Translations under genes and position numbers: made by a program
NCBI GenBank assembly: GCA_965221875.1
Contig: OZ244920.1
Location: forward strand, 1,001,845-1,065,844
DNA: 64,000 bases
Source: Thermodesulfobacteriota bacterium
GTDB taxonomy: Bacteria > Desulfobacterota_D > UBA1144 > Nemesobacterales > Nemesobacteraceae
Reading direction: 5' to 3'
Notes under the pieces: generated by a model
The model's input: the letters and a program-made list of their open reading frames with translations, nothing else
Databases searched by the model: none
Told to the model about the DNA's origin: nothing
In this document: positions 10,373 through 19,711 of the stretch, in pieces
Layout: each line of letters begins with the position of its first letter
Numbering within the stretch: position 1 is the stretch's first letter

Positions 10373-10744
10373 ATGAAGATGATCATGGATCATTACGAGA
10401 ATCCGAGAAACTTCGGCCCGCTTGAGAGTCCCACGGTGACGCTTAGGGGCGGCAACCCGAATTGCGGAGACACGCTGAATATCTATATTCGTACAGCCGA
10501 GGGGGGCATCATAGAAGATATAAGTTTTGACGGAGAAGGTTGCACGATAAGTCAGGCCGCGGCTTCTCTTCTTACGGAATTTATAAAGGGAAAGACCGTG
10601 GAGCAGCTCAGAGAGCTCGACTCCGACTACCTCAGGGAACTTCTCGGCAAGGACATCATGGTAACCCGCCCGAAGTGCAGCCGCCTCGCCCTTGAAACCC
10701 TCAAATCATGGGCACGGAACTTCGAGAGGGGAAAAACCGCCTGA
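10373..10744 (+). CDS. sufU: SufU/IscU-type Fe-S cluster scaffold / sulfur transfer protein (NifU N-terminal domain)
   Basis: NPNCGDTLNIYI and GEGCTISQAAASLLTE motifs. The ISQA variant is typical of SufU. Confidence 0.8.
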   Translation: MKMIMDHYENPRNFGPLESPTVTLRGGNPNCGDTLNIYIRTAEGGIIEDISFDGEGCTISQAAASLLTEFIKGKTVEQLRELDSDYLRELLGKDIMVTRPKCSRLALETLKSWARNFERGKTA

Positions 10745-10796
10745 TTTTTGGTATACTTCTCTTTATTACTCAACCAGACTCAAGGAGATTCAAATA

Positions 10797-12131
10797 ATGA
10801 AAAACGGCAAACCCGACAAAACAGTTCTAAGCGAGAGGATTGAGGAAGCGCTTAAGTACCCTCTTTTCGATTCCATATTCAACAGGCGATCAAGGCGCTT
10901 CGGTCTTGGAATGGAGCTTAAGGACAGCACCCTTGAGTTCAAGTCGAAGTACGACCCCGTGCCTCTTACCGAGGAGGAGGAAGCGCTTCTGGTGTGGGCG
11001 GGAACAGGGCTTACGGGGCTCTGCCTTGCCGACCTGCCGCCCGAGAACGGGATAGATCTTCTTTGCCAGTGGACGGGGAGAACCTGGCCGTCTGCGTGCA
11101 ACAATCACGGGACGGAGCTTTTTTTCACAAACGATGAGGGTCTCTACCACGTGGACGTGAAGAACATGCTTCCAAAGGAGCACGAGATTGACATGTTTTT
11201 CCAGCTTTCAAGGGAGGAGAAAATCGCCAGGATTCTTGAACTCTACAGGGAGAGCCTTAACAAGCTTGAAGATGGAAGGGCTGACATGCCAGACAAGATG
11301 CCGGGACTCTTTGAGTTTAACCAGTGGAATACCAACAAGCCCGGCACCACGCTTTTTGTTCCGGTCACCGACGTTACCGAGGAGTACCTGAATCTTCTTA
11401 CCCTTTACTGCAGCCACAGTTACGGATTCACGATTATAGACGACCTTACGGGAAAGCCCGCGGGCGTTGAGAAATGGGTGGAGAAGGGCAGGCTCAAGGG
11501 TGAAGTCAAGCTTTCCCTGTTTGATCTTGAGGTAAGAATTCTTACCGGACTTAATGTTGAACAGGCGTTCGTTACGCAGAACATGGCGCTTGCTCTCCAG
11601 CCCCTTGGGCTTGCGGGATGGGCGTTTACGGGCTTCATACCGCGGTTCGCCATGGGAGCCGCTCCGAACCTGTTCAGGGGTCTCGGATTCCGGTTCATCC
11701 AGCCCAAAAAAGGTACGATTGATCCTCCCACCACCGTTCCCGTGGGAAAGGACGGGGTATTTGAAGCCTACTGCCCTCCCTACTATGAGAACATGGATGA
11801 CGCGATTGATCACTTCCTGGCCCACAAGTGGAAAGCTTGGGAATCCGACAAGCCTTTTCCTTACACAGAGCCTGACAAGCATCTCATGAAGGCCCCGAGG
11901 CCCACGGAGACCACAATACAGATTGTAAGGGACGTCGCTAACTACATTCATGATACTTACGGCAGATTCCCCGCGTTTGTGGATCCCATGTACATGAGGT
12001 TGGTCTTCCAGGCGATGCACATAGACCCGGATTTCTATGACCAGTACTATCCGAAAGGCTCTTACTCGGACAGGCATCTGGCGGCTTTTCTTGAGAACCA
12101 CCCGGATCAGAGAGAGCGGTTCGAGAAGTAA
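10797..12131 (+). CDS. Nitroreductase-superfamily protein (two-lobed, SagB-type dehydrogenase-like), function unknown
   Basis: N-terminal RRSRRFG motif and C-terminal ALALQPLGLAGWAFTGF (nitroreductase dimer-interface signature). A strong RBS AAGGAG lies 9 nt upstream. Confidence 0.5.
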   Translation: MKNGKPDKTVLSERIEEALKYPLFDSIFNRRSRRFGLGMELKDSTLEFKSKYDPVPLTEEEEALLVWAGTGLTGLCLADLPPENGIDLLCQWTGRTWPSACNNHGTELFFTNDEGLYHVDVKNMLPKEHEIDMFFQLSREEKIARILELYRESLNKLEDGRADMPDKMPGLFEFNQWNTNKPGTTLFVPVTDVTEEYLNLLTLYCSHSYGFTIIDDLTGKPAGVEKWVEKGRLKGEVKLSLFDLEVRILTGLNVEQAFVTQNMALALQPLGLAGWAFTGFIPRFAMGAAPNLFRGLGFRFIQPKKGTIDPPTTVPVGKDGVFEAYCPPYYENMDDAIDHFLAHKWKAWESDKPFPYTEPDKHLMKAPRPTETTIQIVRDVANYIHDTYGRFPAFVDPMYMRLVFQAMHIDPDFYDQYYPKGSYSDRHLAAFLENHPDQRERFEK

Positions 12132-12188
12132 TGTCTGCCGCGTACGGGAGATTTAAAACCCGGTTTGCGGCAAGGAAGGAGACCAGCC

Positions 12189-13463
12189 ATGCGCGTGGCT
12201 ATTATAGGAAATGGGGTAACCGGGGTCGCTGCCGCCCTTAGCGTGCGCAGGCTGCAGCCCGACTGGGAAATCGTCATGATTTCTGGGGAATCCTCCTTTC
12301 ACTACTCCCGTCCGGCGCTCATGTACATATTCATGGGCCACATGAGCTACAAGGACACCAAGCCCTACGAGGACAGTTTCTGGAGGAAAAACCGCATCGA
12401 TCTGGTACGTGGCTGGGTTAGCGGAATTGATGCCGCCGGAAAAAAACTCATCATGCACGAAAGGGATTCCATTTCTTTTGACAAGCTGCTTATCGCCACG
12501 GGATCAAAGTCAAACAGGTTCGGGTGGCCCGGCCAGGATCTCGGGGGAGTCCAGGGTCTCTACAGCCTTATGGACCTCAGGCTTCTTTACGAGAACGTAA
12601 AGGGAGCCCGAAGCGCCGTCATAGTCGGGGGAGGGCTGATCGGGATCGAACTTGCCGAGATGCTTCACTCACGCAATATCCACGTCACCTTTCTGGTGCG
12701 GGAGGAGTCCTACTGGACAAACGTTCTTCCTGCAGAGGAATCGCAGATGATAAACCGTGTCATCTTGGAGCAGGGAATTGATCTGAGGCTCACTACGGAG
12801 CTCAAGGAGATAGTCGGGAACGATTCGGGAAAAGTGCGGGGAGTTGTAACCAGCAAAGAGGAATTCATAGAATGCCAGATCGTCGGTCTCACCGCTGGGG
12901 TAAGTCCCAACATAGCCCTTGCCAAGGCAAGCGGGATAAAGACGGGGAGAGGGGTTCTGGTTGACTGGAGCTTCAGGACCGATACCCCGGATGTGTTCGC
13001 CGCCGGGGACTGCGCCGAGATAATCACCGAAGGGGAGGGAAGGAACCTTATTCAGCAGGTCTGGTACACGGGCAAGAACCAGGGAAAAGTGGCGGGAGAG
13101 GTGATAGCCGGCCGACAGAGCGTGTATGACCCTGGGATATGGTATAACTCGGCCAAGTTCTTTGATCTTGAGTACCAGACTTACGGTACCGTGAGTTCCG
13201 CTCCTGTTTCGGGAGAAAGCAGTTTTTACTGGGAGCACCCCGATCACAGCCGTTCGATAAGAATTGTTACGAAGGACGGAGCCGTCTGCGGCATAAACGT
13301 TATGGGCCTTCGCTACAGCCACAGGGTTTGCGAGAGCTGGGTGGCGGAGAAGAGATCTCTTGACTATGTGCTTGGTCATCTGGGGGATGCTAATTTCGAT
13401 CCTGAATTCTACGAAAAATGCGAAGCGGAAATAATAAAGGAGATAAGGAAACAGGCTGCCTGA
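12189..13463 (+). CDS. FAD/NAD(P)-dependent oxidoreductase (ferredoxin/rubredoxin reductase / NirB-like pyridine nucleotide-disulfide oxidoreductase family)
   Basis: MRVAIIGNGVTGVAAA and VIVGGGLIGIELAE dinucleotide-binding motifs, plus the YSRPAL motif. Confidence 0.8.
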   Translation: MRVAIIGNGVTGVAAALSVRRLQPDWEIVMISGESSFHYSRPALMYIFMGHMSYKDTKPYEDSFWRKNRIDLVRGWVSGIDAAGKKLIMHERDSISFDKLLIATGSKSNRFGWPGQDLGGVQGLYSLMDLRLLYENVKGARSAVIVGGGLIGIELAEMLHSRNIHVTFLVREESYWTNVLPAEESQMINRVILEQGIDLRLTTELKEIVGNDSGKVRGVVTSKEEFIECQIVGLTAGVSPNIALAKASGIKTGRGVLVDWSFRTDTPDVFAAGDCAEIITEGEGRNLIQQVWYTGKNQGKVAGEVIAGRQSVYDPGIWYNSAKFFDLEYQTYGTVSSAPVSGESSFYWEHPDHSRSIRIVTKDGAVCGINVMGLRYSHRVCESWVAEKRSLDYVLGHLGDANFDPEFYEKCEAEIIKEIRKQAA

Positions 13464-14857
13464 TGGAAGAGAACATTGTAGATTACGATTTTGACGAAGA
13501 AACCCTTGGTTTTGAGGAACCGGAGAAAGCTCCTGACAAGCCGCTTGGAACCGGAGAAAAGCTTTCTCTCGCCGTTCTGGGCTTCGGAATACTGATGTTT
13601 GCTCTTCAGTCCATGGGCATGCCTCCGGGCGGCACTTGGGCCGGGTTTCTCCTGGTATTCCTTCCCGTTTCGCTCGGCACGGCGCTCTACTTCTACCTTA
13701 ACTTCAAAGGCACCGTCCCGGGGATCAAGCATGACAACGTCTATTTCAGGGGAATCACCGCCAGGGGGTCTCTCGGCTGGCTTGTCGGCATTGTGTTTAC
13801 CGGTTTCTACATAGCTCTTTACTGGTTTCCCGAATACCTGGCAGGGGGAATAAGGATTGTAAACCCTCTTTCCTTGGCACTCTCAGGTTCTCCGGCCAAC
13901 AACTGGTTTTTCTACGGCTTTCTCTATACCGTGGCAGTTTTTGTCTTCGGCGTGAGAATGTTCATGAAATACAGGAATAACCGCTACCAGAAGATAAGAA
14001 CGGCTTCAGTGATGTTTTTCCAGCTCGGGTTCGCTTTTCTCATCCCCAACATACTTATGCTCTTTAACCAGCCCGAGTTCTACCTGAGCTACTTCTGGCC
14101 GCTTAAACCTGAATACCTGTTCCCGGGCACCCTGAGCTATTTTATGAATCATCCCGGCGGACTTGGAATGTTCCTTGTTTTCTGGGGGGCTGTGATGACC
14201 TTCATTGCCACCCCTGTTCTTACCTACTATTTTGGCAAGAGGTGGTACTGTTCCTGGGTGTGCGGCTGTGGAGGGCTCGCGGAAACCATGGGGGATCCGT
14301 GGAGGCAGCTCTCGGACAAGTCGAAAAAAGCGTGGCGCATAGAGCGATGGGTCGTGCATTCCGTATTGGTGTTTATCGTTGTTACTACGGTTCTTCTCTG
14401 GGTTAACTCCGCGAGTTCGGGAGCGGTGTTCGGAGATGCGTCAATGTCTCTTAAGAGATGGTATGGCTTCTACATAGGCGCCATCTTCTCGGGGGTTATA
14501 GGGGTGGGTTTTTACCCCATAATGGGAAGCAGGGTGTGGTGTCGGTTCGGTTGTCCCATGGCGGCTGTTCTCGGAATTTTCCAGAGGTATATTTCAAGAT
14601 TCAGGATCACCACAAACGGCGACCAGTGCATGTCGTGCGGGAACTGCTCCACCTACTGCGAGATGGGCATAGATGTCAGGGCTTACGCCCAGAAGGGCGA
14701 GAATATAGTGAGAGCGTCGTGCGTTGGATGCGGTGTGTGTTCGGCCGTGTGTCCCAGGGGAGTGCTTAAGCTTGAAAACGGGGGGACTTTCAAGGACAGG
14801 TTCTCGGGGTCCGACAAGCCGATCGGGGCGCTCATTGATTCGCTGAGACATGTTTAG
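13463..14857 (+). CDS. Integral membrane polyferredoxin of the NapH/MauN/CcoG-like family, with a C-terminal 2x[4Fe-4S] domain
   Basis: Multiple TM helices, CX3CP motif (CRFGCPMAA), and C-terminal CMSCGNCSTYC ... CVGCGVCSAVCP. The start overlaps the upstream stop (TGATG). Confidence 0.7.
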   Translation: MEENIVDYDFDEETLGFEEPEKAPDKPLGTGEKLSLAVLGFGILMFALQSMGMPPGGTWAGFLLVFLPVSLGTALYFYLNFKGTVPGIKHDNVYFRGITARGSLGWLVGIVFTGFYIALYWFPEYLAGGIRIVNPLSLALSGSPANNWFFYGFLYTVAVFVFGVRMFMKYRNNRYQKIRTASVMFFQLGFAFLIPNILMLFNQPEFYLSYFWPLKPEYLFPGTLSYFMNHPGGLGMFLVFWGAVMTFIATPVLTYYFGKRWYCSWVCGCGGLAETMGDPWRQLSDKSKKAWRIERWVVHSVLVFIVVTTVLLWVNSASSGAVFGDASMSLKRWYGFYIGAIFSGVIGVGFYPIMGSRVWCRFGCPMAAVLGIFQRYISRFRITTNGDQCMSCGNCSTYCEMGIDVRAYAQKGENIVRASCVGCGVCSAVCPRGVLKLENGGTFKDRFSGSDKPIGALIDSLRHV

Positions 14858-15087
14858 GTCGGGGGTGGACAGGTTCAAGAATCCTATTGTACCTCTGTTG
14901 GACCCTATTGTACCCCTCGTTTTTTCCAAACAAAGGAAGAGGGGAAAAGGTTCAATAGACCCCTCAACAGACCCCTGGAAAACATGGCAAGCCTTAAAAA
15001 ACTCTTAATTGACAGGTAGTTAAGTATCAATAGTTCCCCTTAACAGCCCTGTTAATAGAATTGAACCTTTGTATGTGCATAACAAGT

Positions 15088-16470
15088 CTATGAGTTTCTT
15101 GTGCGAATCCACCGTCCCCAGCGACCTGGTTTTGTAGATGCTATTAGACCACGCTCTTTCAAGACGGTTAAGTCTCTTTTTACTTGACGTTTACTTACAT
15201 ATGGAGGCATCTGTGCGTGAATGTCGCTTAGGGTAAGTCCATCGGCTTGGCGGTCGATCAAAAAGATAATTACTTCCTGCCGTTCAATCGAATCAATTAA
15301 GTTGCGTCGGAAACATACTGTTACATCTCTTCCATTATCCTCAATCTCGGGGCGCGGAAGACGCGCGGACTCCATTGTCTTCGCCATCTTGATAGTTCCT
15401 GTTCCCCACTTCTCGATAATTCCTCGACGGTAGAATGTACTGGCGATCAGAGGATTCCACGGCTTAGATTTGTGTGATGTGAACAGTTTCTCAGCAGTCA
15501 GTCCGAAATGTAGCGGACCTGGAGAGACCACCTCCATACGGTCATCATAGACTGCCAAATCCACGGAACTGCCGGCAATGATGTAGTCACGATGACATAA
15601 CGCGTTTATAATCGCTTCCCGTGTTGCTTCGTGTGGGTAGAGCGGTTCGTCAATCCGCGCGAAGCGGCCCGGTTCAAACCGTCCGGCGATGGGCAGAGTC
15701 TCGCGCAGGAATCGTTCCGCATCCTCGAGAAGCTTGAAAGCGTTGCCCTTGAACTGCCGATTGTCCAGAAACTCCATTTTATCAAAACCCCGAAAACGAG
15801 CAACGCACAGCAGGCACTGCGGCATTCTGCGGGCAATGAGTTCTTCCTTGCCGAACAGCACGACCGCCGCCTGAAGCAGTTCGTCGTTTTGTCCAAGAAG
15901 TTCCAGACCGCGCAGCAAATCAGTCAATTCCATGCTTACAGGGGCTTTCAGGCGTTTTTGCCTGAATGCCTCCTGCACCGTGATCCGAATCTCGTCCGCG
16001 TCAAGATCTTCAATCGACCACTCCTCTGCGGGCAGCTTTTCCCATCGATATTTTTCGTGCACTTCCTCGATAAGCATCTGCGTGACATCCCAGCGCGACA
16101 TCTCTACAGTGGTGTTTCCGACCCTGCGATACTCTTTGCGTTTGTAAGCATACGGCTTGGAATTGCCGGGTTTCACGCTTATTACCACCACTTCGCGGTC
16201 TCCTTTTACGCGTACCCGCTCAATTGAGGGAAAAACCTGAGATTCAATGTTTCGGATCTCGGAGCTTAATTGCTCAATAGTCCGGTCAGACACCTGCTGG
16301 CCTTCTATTCTTCCTTCTGGAGATACGCCGAACAGCACGTGCCCGCCGCGTTGATTGAGCATGGCGCACACGGTTTTCATCGCATCACTGCGCCTTCCTG
16401 TAGAGAGCTTGAACTCAAGCGTTTCGGATTCGCCTTTTGCTACCAGAGCTTTTATTTGTTCAGGAGTCAT
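15088..16470 (-). CDS. AlbA_2 / Schlafen-like DNA-binding domain plus HATPase_c_4-type ATP-binding domain plus C-terminal wHTH (putative regulator; often mis-annotated as RecG-like)
   Basis: N-terminal ESETLEFKLSTGRRSDAMKTVCAMLNQRGGHVLFGV (AlbA_2 signature). Domain order is typical of this family. Confidence 0.6.
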   Translation of the reverse strand: MTPEQIKALVAKGESETLEFKLSTGRRSDAMKTVCAMLNQRGGHVLFGVSPEGRIEGQQVSDRTIEQLSSEIRNIESQVFPSIERVRVKGDREVVVISVKPGNSKPYAYKRKEYRRVGNTTVEMSRWDVTQMLIEEVHEKYRWEKLPAEEWSIEDLDADEIRITVQEAFRQKRLKAPVSMELTDLLRGLELLGQNDELLQAAVVLFGKEELIARRMPQCLLCVARFRGFDKMEFLDNRQFKGNAFKLLEDAERFLRETLPIAGRFEPGRFARIDEPLYPHEATREAIINALCHRDYIIAGSSVDLAVYDDRMEVVSPGPLHFGLTAEKLFTSHKSKPWNPLIASTFYRRGIIEKWGTGTIKMAKTMESARLPRPEIEDNGRDVTVCFRRNLIDSIERQEVIIFLIDRQADGLTLSDIHAQMPPYVSKRQVKRDLTVLKERGLIASTKPGRWGRWIRTRNS

Positions 16471-16508
16471 GAAATTATCTCTATTGCGTGCATTCTCGGG
16501 TTCAGTAT

Positions 16509-16539
16509 GTTTGCAATCCTTCGTGGTTTTATTGCAAAC
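16509..16539. promoter_or_regulatory. Perfect 9-bp inverted repeat GTTTGCAAT-N13-ATTGCAAAC upstream of the 15088..16470 gene (candidate operator)
   Basis: Seen directly in the sequence. It lies 38-68 nt upstream of the start codon of a wHTH-containing protein. Confidence 0.3.
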
Positions 16540-16610
16540 ATAAAGGGAAAGACGATTTGTTCAGATGAAATATCGTTTTTATAGAGGTTGTTCGGTCTTT
16601 CTTGACGTTT

Positions 16611-17066
16611 TCAGATATTGAGAAACTCGACGGATTCCATGCTTTCCTTTTTCCCTCGGTCGAATCTTTCGATTATCTCGCCGTTTTCTATGTCAAAGAT
16701 GAAGCAGGATATACCAGAGAGTATTTCCATGTTGAACTCCAGGAAATTGTTGACGTATATCTTGGAATCTTCAATGATTTCCTTTTTGTCGGCCTTGTCC
16801 GGTTTTCTCACCAAAATGAAATACGCGCACAGAAAATCCGGGAGGTCAGAGTTATGGGCGAATACGGCTTTTGAATCGTATTTCAGTATTACGTTATTGT
16901 TAAAATAGCGCTGATATCCGGCGATTAGCGGCTGGTTCAGATGAGACAGGGCGTAAACGATCGCGCAGGCGATTCTGCTCTGGTTCTCAATCATGAAATC
17001 AAGCGCTTCCTTGTTGAAGCGTTCAAGTGTTTTTTCCGGTTTTTCCTTGTCTCGTGGTTCTCGCAT
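16611..17066 (-). CDS. Hypothetical protein
   Basis: 151-aa ORF with a strong RBS AGGAGG 6 nt upstream. Local GC is lower than the surroundings. Confidence 0.45.
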   Translation of the reverse strand: MREPRDKEKPEKTLERFNKEALDFMIENQSRIACAIVYALSHLNQPLIAGYQRYFNNNVILKYDSKAVFAHNSDLPDFLCAYFILVRKPDKADKKEIIEDSKIYVNNFLEFNMEILSGISCFIFDIENGEIIERFDRGKKESMESVEFLNI

Positions 17067-17168
17067 TTCTTCCTCCTTCAGTGGTTCCCGCTTACCGGTC
17101 TTTTTTTTTAAGTGCCGGTGTAATATACCATAAACCTTAAAGCGGGGGCAGAAGTGCCGTTATGTTCT

Positions 17169-18725
17169 CTATGAAGCATACGCCGTCGCCCTGCTTTCCC
17201 TGATGACCATAATTTTTATCTGTCCCGGATAAACGACCTCTTCTTCTATCTTCTTGGCTATCTCATGCGAAAGGATAGCTCCCTCCTCGTCGCTTACTTG
17301 GTCGCTTTCCACTATCACCCTTACCTCTCTTCCTGCCTGGATCGCGTAACATCTCTCAACGCCCGGGAAAGAACTCGCCACGCCTTCTATACTCTCGATT
17401 CTTTTCACGTAGTTTTCGTATGTTTCCCTCCGGGCTCCTGGACGGGCGGCGGAAATGGCGTCGGCTGCCTGTACGAGAAGCGGCAGGACTCCCTGGGGCT
17501 GGGGGTCATGGGTTTTTTCAAGCGCGTCGATGATTTCGGGGGGTTCGCCATATTTTTTGACGATGTTTGTCCCTATATCCACATGGGAGCCTTCAACCTC
17601 GTGATCAACCGCTTTTCCTATGTCGTGGAGCAGGCCGGCTCTTTTGGCAAGTTTCTCGTTGTATCCAATTTCGGAAGCGAGCATTCCGCAGATGAAGCCT
17701 ACTTCAATTGAGTGATTGAGTATGTTCTGCGAATAGCTCGTTCTGTATTTAAGCATCCCGAGTTTGTTTATCAGTTCCGGGTGCATACCGCTTATGCCGA
17801 GATCAAAAAGCGCCTGCTCCCCTTCTTTCTGTATTTCTCTTTCTATTTCCTTTTCAACCTCGGTCACCACTTCTTCGATTCTTGCGGGGTGAATTCTCCC
17901 GTCCGCTATCAGCCGCTCAAGCGAAATTTTCGCTACTTCCCGCCTGATGGGATTAAAGCACGAAATCACGACCGTCTCGGGCGTGTCGTCGATAATTATG
18001 TCTACCCCGGTACGAAGTTCTATGGAACGGATGTTCCGCCCTTCGCGCCCGATAATTCTTCCCTTCACATCGTCGCTCGGAAGATTGACGACCGACACAG
18101 TTTTCTCGCTCGTGTAGCTTCCGGAATATCTCTGGATGGCAAGGGATATTATGTCCTTCGCCTTCCGCTCGGCCGAGGAATTGCACTCTTCTTCTATCTG
18201 CTTGAGTCTTTTCGCTGCTTCGAGTCTTGCCTCGTCCTCAACCAGACTTACGAGTTCGGCCTTCGCTGTCTCGCGGGTAAAACCTGATACCTCTTCTATT
18301 TTTCCCTTTATCTCTTCGATGTTCTCATCAAGAATTCTCTGCTTTTCCTCGAGGGCTAGGTTCTTGCTCTCTAGTTCCGCCTGCACTTTCTCTAGTTCCG
18401 TCTTCTTTCTGTTAATTTCCTCGTATTCTTTGCCAAGTTTCTCTTCCCTTGTCTTTAACTTTTTTTCAGTAGCGGAAAACTCCTTGCGCTTTTCGCTTGA
18501 CATTCTCTGCATCTGAGAGTTTTTGTCCTTGACGAGTTTTTTTGCTCTGTTGTCCGCCCTGTTCTTTATCTCTTCCGCCTGTTTCTCCGCTCCTTCGATT
18601 ATGCTCTGTGCCTGCTCTTGGCTTTTGCTGATTCTGTTTTTCTCCATGATCATCTTGTAAATCAGATGGGCAGCGAACCCAAGTCCGAAGAGCAGCAAGA
18701 ACACTAATATTGATTGTGCTTGCAT
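17169..18725 (-). CDS. rny: Ribonuclease Y
   Basis: N-terminal TM helix, long coiled coil, KH domain and HD domain (LHDIGKA). Confidence 0.9.
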   Translation of the reverse strand: MQAQSILVFLLLFGLGFAAHLIYKMIMEKNRISKSQEQAQSIIEGAEKQAEEIKNRADNRAKKLVKDKNSQMQRMSSEKRKEFSATEKKLKTREEKLGKEYEEINRKKTELEKVQAELESKNLALEEKQRILDENIEEIKGKIEEVSGFTRETAKAELVSLVEDEARLEAAKRLKQIEEECNSSAERKAKDIISLAIQRYSGSYTSEKTVSVVNLPSDDVKGRIIGREGRNIRSIELRTGVDIIIDDTPETVVISCFNPIRREVAKISLERLIADGRIHPARIEEVVTEVEKEIEREIQKEGEQALFDLGISGMHPELINKLGMLKYRTSYSQNILNHSIEVGFICGMLASEIGYNEKLAKRAGLLHDIGKAVDHEVEGSHVDIGTNIVKKYGEPPEIIDALEKTHDPQPQGVLPLLVQAADAISAARPGARRETYENYVKRIESIEGVASSFPGVERCYAIQAGREVRVIVESDQVSDEEGAILSHEIAKKIEEEVVYPGQIKIMVIRESRATAYAS

Positions 18726-18726
18726 T

Positions 18727-19542
18727 TCAGTCTCCTTCTTTTTCCAGACAGTCGATGATTCCGTCTTCCGTGACTATGCGGCCCGTCCTGACATCGGTTT
18801 CATGCGAAGGGATGCTCTCAAGCACTTGGAACCGGTAGGCCAGTCCGAAGCGGGTCTGTCTGGGTATATCTTTTAAAAACCTGTCGTAAAAACCTTTTCC
18901 GTATCCGATTCTGTTTCCAGAGAGATCAAAAGCCACTCCCGGTACCAGTACGAGGTCAAGCTTGTCATCGCGGGCGCGTTCGGCGTCCGCTGGGGGTTCT
19001 GGGATGGAAAAGCCCCCGGGGGTGAGTTCCTCAATGTCTCTTGTTCTCAGGAAAACAAGATCGGAGCCTAGGGTTTTTGGAAAAAAAACCTTTTTTTCAA
19101 GATCAATGCATTTCTTGAATATTTCGCGGGTGTCGACTTCGCCGTTTGCGGGAAAATAAAGAGCTACACTGGATGCATCGGAAAAAACTTTCTCGGAAAG
19201 AAGAATCTTGAGAATCAGGGCGGATTTTTCCCGGCACAGAGATTGCGGAAGATTCCTTCTCTTCTCGAGAAGACTTCTTCTCAGTCTGTTTTTCTCCTCA
19301 ATAACGGGGTCTTGCGGTTTGGTTTCCCTGGAACCGTTTACACATGTGGAACCGGAGCGGGTCTCAGAAGCTGTTTCCTCTTGATTTGAAAGGGTCTTCG
19401 GGGCTTTCTTCAATAAGGACGGGTTCTTTTTGGCTTCCGGGTGATTCGAGCAGTCCGACCAATTCTTCTGTTTTTCTTTCCGCGTTTCTCTTGAACTCAT
19501 CAAATTCCCTCTGCAGTGCGAAGAACTCATCGACGATCTCAA
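18727..19542 (-). CDS. 5-formyltetrahydrofolate cyclo-ligase (MTHFS, YgfA-like). True start unresolved: the first ~80 codons overlap zapA and are probably not translated.
   Basis: C-terminal LVLVPGVAFDLSGNRIGYGKGFYDRFL motif. Similarity to YgfA/YqgN begins around residue 82 (about nt 19300). Confidence 0.65.
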   Translation of the reverse strand: MRSSMSSSHCRGNLMSSRETRKEKQKNWSDCSNHPEAKKNPSLLKKAPKTLSNQEETASETRSGSTCVNGSRETKPQDPVIEEKNRLRRSLLEKRRNLPQSLCREKSALILKILLSEKVFSDASSVALYFPANGEVDTREIFKKCIDLEKKVFFPKTLGSDLVFLRTRDIEELTPGGFSIPEPPADAERARDDKLDLVLVPGVAFDLSGNRIGYGKGFYDRFLKDIPRQTRFGLAYRFQVLESIPSHETDVRTGRIVTEDGIIDCLEKEGD

Positions 19543-19711
19543 GAGAAGCCAGAAAAACGGGAGTAGGGACAGTTATAGGTGTGTTGTCTTCATCTGCCCC
19601 GGTAATTTTTTGTTCAAGATAATTTACAATTTTCATAAGGTAACTTTTTTCAGCGTCCGTGAGGACTGAATATTCCTTGCCAAAGAAAACTACTTTTATC
19701 TTGTCTTTCAT
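19364..19711 (-). CDS. zapA: Cell division protein ZapA
   Basis: KVVFFGKEYSVLTDAEKSYLMKIVNYLEQKI matches the ZapA N-terminal domain, with a coiled-coil C-terminus. Confidence 0.7.
   Translation of the reverse strand: MKDKIKVVFFGKEYSVLTDAEKSYLMKIVNYLEQKITGADEDNTPITVPTPVFLASLEIVDEFFALQREFDEFKRNAERKTEELVGLLESPGSQKEPVLIEESPEDPFKSRGNSF

Noticed and set aside
11208-12101. 297-aa minus-strand ORF
   Set aside because: It is antisense within the nitroreductase-like gene. The sense gene has an RBS and family motifs.
12669-13379. 236-aa minus-strand ORF
   Set aside because: It is antisense within the FAD oxidoreductase gene.
14861-14895. tRNA-like T-arm motif GGTTCAAGAATCC
   Set aside because: I could not build a complete cloverleaf (no acceptor stem or anticodon arm with proper pairing). 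It is probably coincidental or a degraded att remnant.
17100-17140. T9 run with flanking ACCGG/CCGGT as a terminator between rny and the downstream gene
   Set aside because: The T-run sits in the loop, not after the stem, and the stem is only 5 bp. It does not meet intrinsic terminator geometry on either strand.
17265-18287. Two plus-strand ORFs (148 and 191 aa)
   Set aside because: They are antisense to rny, which has clear KH/HD domains.
19300-19365. Looked for a 6S RNA (ssrS) between zapA and the MTHFS gene, as in E. coli
   Set aside because: Only about 65 nt separate the zapA stop from where MTHFS homology begins. That is too short for a roughly 180-nt 6S RNA. I list it as something to check with Rfam rather than call it.
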